Shown here: positions 6,514-10,122 of the stretch, in pieces
Layout: each line of letters opens with the position of its first letter
Numbering within the stretch: position 1 is the first letter of the stretch
From: Candidatus Thorarchaeota archaeon
GTDB lineage: Archaea > Asgardarchaeota > Thorarchaeia > Thorarchaeales > Thorarchaeaceae
Length of the DNA: 10,122 bases
NCBI GenBank assembly: GCA_048882385.1
Contig: JBHLRQ010000112.1
Span: 1 to 10,122 of the forward strand
Direction of reading: 5' to 3'
The notes under the pieces: model-generated
Told to the model about the DNA's origin: nothing
Databases searched by the model: none
The model's input: the letters and a program-made list of their open reading frames with translations, nothing else
Made by a program: the position numbers and the translations under genes

Positions 6514-7491
6514 ATGAAATCCGCAGAAAACGTAATAATTCCAGAGATACGCGAGCTAAGGTTAGATGAAACTGATGACTTCATTACACTCTTGGAGTTA
6601 GGATTCAAGGGCAGCATTGAAGAGGACAGGCTTGACACAGATGAACTACGGAAGCTAATAAAGAAGATACGTACGCCTGTCTACAAGTTTCTTCAAAGAG
6701 TTGTAGGAATGAGAATGGAGTTCTACATTGCTATAGTGGACAGCACCATTGCAAGTGGAATTCAATTGAATATCGAGAAGGATGAAGTCTATGTTGGTAA
6801 TCTCGCGACACATCCAAACTATCGCCGGCAAGGACTTGCAAGAAAGTTGCTTCATCTATCTTTCGAACGAGCTCGTGAGTTAGATATGACGAAAGTGAGA
6901 CTTGATGCAAGAGCTCTGAATATCAGCGCAGTAAATCTGTACGCCTCTGAGGGTTTCGAAACAACATATCACTCAGGTCGTTTTGAGCTAAACTCTATGA
7001 TTGAAAGAACTACGCACACTTCCAATGATTTGATTCTCCGTGAAGTTAGCAAAATTCCGACACCCGACATTGATGCGATGCTGGATGATTGTTTTCCAGC
7101 GTCATACTTGGAAGCAATCGGCCGTAAAAGATTCCGTAAGGATCTCGTTCCCTCAAGAGCCATCCGGTTCTTTGCAGGAAGACTTGCGGGGCAGTTAATT
7201 CACAACTATGCCTTCTATGTGAAGGGAGAGGAGAATCCTCGTGGAATCATAGAAGCATCTCAATCAAGAGTTGAAGAACGAATCCGTCTTTCATCACCGA
7301 TTCTGTTTGAGAAGGACAATGACCTGTTGTTGGAAGTCATCCCCAAGGTTCTCGAAATAGAAACTGGCTATCGTGGAATAATGACCGCATCTATCAGCTG
7401 TTCAATGCATCGAAGCGATGCAATATCGAAAATTGAGAGTCTAGGTTTCAAGAAACTCCGTGAAAGCATATCGATGACTAAACGACTCTAA
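6514..7491 (+). CDS. GNAT family N-acetyltransferase (one intact GNAT domain plus a degenerate second domain)
   Basis: VGNLATHPNYRRQGLARKLL (motif A) and NISAVNLYASEGF (motif B). The C-terminal AISKIESLGFKK echoes motif B. Start moved from 6427 to ATG 6514, which has a GGGGA RBS and a TATA-like CAAGTTTATG at 6450-6459. Confidence 0.87.
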   Translation: MKSAENVIIPEIRELRLDETDDFITLLELGFKGSIEEDRLDTDELRKLIKKIRTPVYKFLQRVVGMRMEFYIAIVDSTIASGIQLNIEKDEVYVGNLATHPNYRRQGLARKLLHLSFERARELDMTKVRLDARALNISAVNLYASEGFETTYHSGRFELNSMIERTTHTSNDLILREVSKIPTPDIDAMLDDCFPASYLEAIGRKRFRKDLVPSRAIRFFAGRLAGQLIHNYAFYVKGEENPRGIIEASQSRVEERIRLSSPILFEKDNDLLLEVIPKVLEIETGYRGIMTASISCSMHRSDAISKIESLGFKKLRESISMTKRL

Positions 7492-7665
7492 GTTATGTTT
7501 TGATAGAAAGGGTTGGCTCTTCTTGGTCTATTATTCCGTGCCAATTTTGTCTATGTCTGTGCTGGATTGGCATCGAAGAACAGATCAAATGTGAATATTG
7601 CTAAATTCTTGCGTTCAAAGTTCTTCTTATAATCAAACAGTTTTCAATGGTCGGGGGGATAATGC

Positions 7666-8685
7666 TTGATTTCAACAAGGAAGAGGTTGATACTTGGTTT
7701 TTTCATTATATGCGTGGTCACAGCAGGGATTTTTCTCCCCTTAGCTTTGTGGCTCCCTACAGAATCACGGAATATTCAGTTAGATGTTCTGAGTGAATTT
7801 GAAACAGGAGGATTCACATATGATGTACTCGTAAAGGATGATATCGCATATCTTTCTGTAGCCAAAGAACCTGGACCAAGTGAGCTATTGATTTTGGATG
7901 TCAGTGACCCAACTAATCCTATGGAGCTCGGGTCTTATGACGAAATAGGGTATCCAGACCAGTTGGTGGTTGTTGATGAGATAGTCTTCATCACCGATCG
8001 TTTTGGGCCGTTATGCATCATTAACGCAACTGATCCATCAAACCCCGAGAAGATTGGTGAGTATAATGGAAGTGGAGAAACCTATGACATTGAGGTTGTT
8101 GGTGATATTGCGTACTTGGCTGACTGGAACCAAGGTCTCAAAATCTTGAATATTAGTGAACCTTCCACTCCAGAACTGATTGGATACTATAATATCTTGG
8201 GTGCAGCAAATCAATTGGACATTGTCGGAGATTTGCTTTATCTAAGTGACCATCGAAGTTCAAGAACTGGTCTTGTGGTGCTCAATGTAAGTGATCCAAC
8301 AGATCCATTCCTAGTCGGATCTTATCTCCCAAGCGATGAACTTTGGAATGCACATGTGTTTGGGGATTATATTTACTGTGGAAACCACGAGCTTGAAGGT
8401 GGTGCCTTGATTATCCTCGATACAAATGACCCAGCTGTTATTTCTGAGGTAGGACAGTTCAATTTCAGTGATATAGTCAATTCAGTCATTGTTCACGATG
8501 ATATCGCCTTTGCAGCTGGGGGAATGAATGGGCTATACTTGATAGATGTAGCAGACCCTAGTAATCCAAATCTCATCACTGCGCTAGATGGATTGATGAT
8601 AGGACGAGACTTAGCGTTGATTGGAGATATCGTGTATCTAGCCTGTGATGGATGGTTCTGCATAGTCCAGATGACCGAGTCCTAA
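7666..8685 (+). CDS. LVIVD-repeat beta-propeller protein with an N-terminal membrane anchor or signal sequence
   Basis: Repeats about 43 aa apart: LILDVSDPTNP, IINATDPSNP, ILNISEPSTP, VLNVSDPTDP, ILDTNDPAVI, LIDVADPSNP, plus a partial 7th blade. RKR followed by a hydrophobic helix at the N-terminus. GGGGGG RBS before the TTG start. Confidence 0.9.
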   Translation: MISTRKRLILGFFIICVVTAGIFLPLALWLPTESRNIQLDVLSEFETGGFTYDVLVKDDIAYLSVAKEPGPSELLILDVSDPTNPMELGSYDEIGYPDQLVVVDEIVFITDRFGPLCIINATDPSNPEKIGEYNGSGETYDIEVVGDIAYLADWNQGLKILNISEPSTPELIGYYNILGAANQLDIVGDLLYLSDHRSSRTGLVVLNVSDPTDPFLVGSYLPSDELWNAHVFGDYIYCGNHELEGGALIILDTNDPAVISEVGQFNFSDIVNSVIVHDDIAFAAGGMNGLYLIDVADPSNPNLITALDGLMIGRDLALIGDIVYLACDGWFCIVQMTES

Positions 8686-8849
8686 TGATTTGGTATATAG
8701 TGTTGTTCCATTATCCCCAAAATTTGATCATCGACCGGTGGTTGAAAGGGACAAATACTCTTGTTTACATACGAATTATTCGCAGCAGGATTGATGATGA
8801 TTCCAATCACCAGAATTAAAACTGATAGAATCTTCACTAATGTATTCAT
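8682..8849 (-). pseudogene. 55-codon ORF: signal peptide plus the first helix of a probable serine hydrolase (beta-lactamase/AmpC-like), truncated
   Basis: Reads MNTLVKILSVLILVIGIIINPAANNSYVNKSICPFQPPVDDQILGIMEQHYIPNH*, with an AGGGGG RBS upstream. D..I...M....IP matches the segment preceding 'PG.s.a.v' in serine hydrolases, and no SxxK motif follows. Below the ORF-track size cutoff. Confidence 0.55.
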
Positions 8850-8944
8850 TAGGCACAGCCCCCTACCATACAGCGAAAGTCATAACACATCATATTACTA
8901 ATTAACTATTGATTTAAGACAAGAAATCAGAAGTGGAATGATGA

Positions 8945-9319
8945 ATGAAAATGCCAAAGCCAAAAGATGTCGATGCTTACATAGCAAGTTCAGACAAAGA
9001 AGCGCGTCCGATCCTCGAAGAACTCAGGAAGATAATAAAATCAACTATTCCAAAGGTAGAAGAGGGAATAAGCTGGAACGTCCCATTCTACAAGTATCAC
9101 GGTGAGCTTGTTGGATTTGCCACATACAAGAAGCACGTTAGCTTCGGCATTGGTGCGGCTGTGCTTCAAAGTAAAGAGCGTGAAATGCTCGAAGAGAAAG
9201 GCTACAAAACCGGAAAAGGAACGATACAAATCAGGTTCGACCAAAAAGTGCCAACCGTAGTGGTAAAGCGACTTCTAAAAACAAAAGCGAAGATGAATGA
9301 AGTAAAAAGAGTGAAGTAA
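8945..9319 (+). CDS. DUF1801 / YdhG-like protein
   Basis: DVDAYIA...LEELRKIIKSTIP...EGISWNVPFY...LVGFATYKKHVSF...KTGKGTIQIRFDQKVP. The start may be 8951. Confidence 0.9.
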   Translation: MKMPKPKDVDAYIASSDKEARPILEELRKIIKSTIPKVEEGISWNVPFYKYHGELVGFATYKKHVSFGIGAAVLQSKEREMLEEKGYKTGKGTIQIRFDQKVPTVVVKRLLKTKAKMNEVKRVK

Positions 9320-9433
9320 ATCCCAATTGGTCTGAAAATTCGTTCATTCTTCTTAGGACTCTATGCAAATAATCATCTATTTATCCAGCTTTCCTCTAGC
9401 CATACCGCTGACTAATTCGAGAGGGAGAGATCA

Positions 9434-9637
9434 ATGAATAGGTTTCAAGTCACTGCTATCTTGGGTATTTGTATACTTTGCGCGGCACCCATTCCCTTTT
9501 TGCTGCCGCGTACTGCAACTACGGGAAGTGGACTTCCAGATCCACCCCTGCTTTCAGCAATGATTGCGTTAGCAGGCATCATCGTGCTTGTGATATCATA
9601 CATATTCAAGCTCAAGCCAGTACCAGCAAATAGATAG
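9434..9637 (+). CDS. Small hypothetical membrane protein (two hydrophobic helices)
   Basis: GAGGGAG RBS upstream of the ATG. Two hydrophobic stretches separated by a Thr/Gly/Pro loop, with a basic C-terminal tail. Confidence 0.65.
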   Translation: MNRFQVTAILGICILCAAPIPFLLPRTATTGSGLPDPPLLSAMIALAGIIVLVISYIFKLKPVPANR

Positions 9638-9680
9638 AAACATCTATGCTTTGATTTGAAGTTCATCCCACTGATAGTTA

Positions 9681-9714
9681 GGTTCGCTCTTGTTGAGTCA
9701 TACACAAGAGGACC
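9681..9714. terminator. Hairpin between convergent genes (possible 3'-end structure)
   Basis: CTCTTGT (9687-9693) and ACAAGAG (9704-9710) form a perfect 7-bp stem, extendable by GGTT/GACC after a bulge. It begins 4 nt past the stop of the minus-strand gene. No poly-U tail. Confidence 0.3.
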
Positions 9715-9717
9715 AGA

Positions 9718-10122
9718 CTAGATCAATGTTTCAAGAATCTCAGCCACATCTTCAACATATTTCGGACAGTTGTCGAATGCACCCTTTTCGAAGGCTTCTT
9801 TCAAATCTTCTGCATCAGCTAAGTCATATTTGATTAGTTCTCTACATAATACCGAACCATGAATCTTGGTAAAATTTTCGAGAAGCGTATTTGCGGCTTG
9901 GAAGGCTTTCTCCTCCATCATTGACCCTCCGTACTTTAGTCCTAGAGCCATGATTGCTCCAGTCAGAGCTCCACACACATTGCCATTACTAGCTATACCT
10001 CCACCAAACCCAGATGCTATATTCATGCAGATATCAAAGTCAAGATTTCCAGAACTGAGGTGTACACCATAGGTAGCGAATATCGCTTGCGAACAAGAGC
10101 CTCTCTGTTCATCCATTATCTT
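9718..10122 (-). CDS. C_GCAxxG_C_C family putative redox-active protein, probably 5'-truncated by the window edge
   Basis: CSQAI...ASGFGGGI...VCGALTGA...GSVLCREL...NCPKYVE contains all four family Cys. The frame stays open (AAG ATA) to the window edge upstream of ATG 10116. Confidence 0.92.
   Translation of the reverse strand, partial: KIMDEQRGSCSQAIFATYGVHLSSGNLDFDICMNIASGFGGGIASNGNVCGALTGAIMALGLKYGGSMMEEKAFQAANTLLENFTKIHGSVLCRELIKYDLADAEDLKEAFEKGAFDNCPKYVEDVAEILETLI

Noticed and set aside
5210-7163. ORFs 5210-5437, 5704-5904, 6052-6264, 6655-6855 and 6969-7163
   Set aside because: They overlap stronger genes in other frames or strands and have no motifs or RBS.
8500-8684. Pyrrolysine-type readthrough of the TAG ending the 55-aa ORF
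   Set aside because: The continuation is the antisense shadow of the LVIVD gene with no convincing serine hydrolase core, and no pyl genes are present in the window.
9041-10072. ORFs 9041-9244, 9445-9705 and 9866-10072
   Set aside because: Antisense shadows of DUF1801, the small membrane protein and the C_GCAxxG_C_C gene.
1-10122. CRISPR array, integron attC cassette array, tRNA/rRNA or IS element
   Set aside because: No regularly spaced repeats, no common attC-like palindrome across the spacers, no cloverleaf and no transposase or integrase ORF were seen by eye.

Overview
An AT-rich (roughly 40% GC by eye) prokaryotic window holding a patchwork of about 13 mostly unrelated accessory genes. 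They are: two edge-truncated C_GCAxxG_C_C-family redox proteins (one at each end), a URO-D/MtaA-CmuA superfamily enzyme, a DUF4386-like membrane protein fused to a C-terminal winged-helix-like domain, a divergent SRPBCC + SnoaL/PhzA-B pair, an RppH-like NUDIX hydrolase, a class I SAM methyltransferase with a 12-ligand Cys/His N-terminal domain, a surface-anchored BPL_N/GATase1-like protein, a tandem GNAT, a membrane-anchored LVIVD beta-propeller, a DUF1801/YdhG protein and a small two-TM protein. BRE/TATA-like promoter motifs, GGTGA/GGGGG-type RBSs and the gene mix suggest an archaeon, possibly Asgard/Thorarchaeia (inference only). No rRNA, tRNA, CRISPR or transposase was seen. The most interesting items are the FYVE/RING-like cross-brace zinc module on the methyltransferase, a candidate membrane-tethered regulator facing a palindrome-bearing divergent promoter, an extracellular Cys-His-Glu BPL_N enzyme, and several gene relics or small ORFs in the intergenic spacers that the ORF track misses. 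All family calls come from motif recognition by eye, not database searches.
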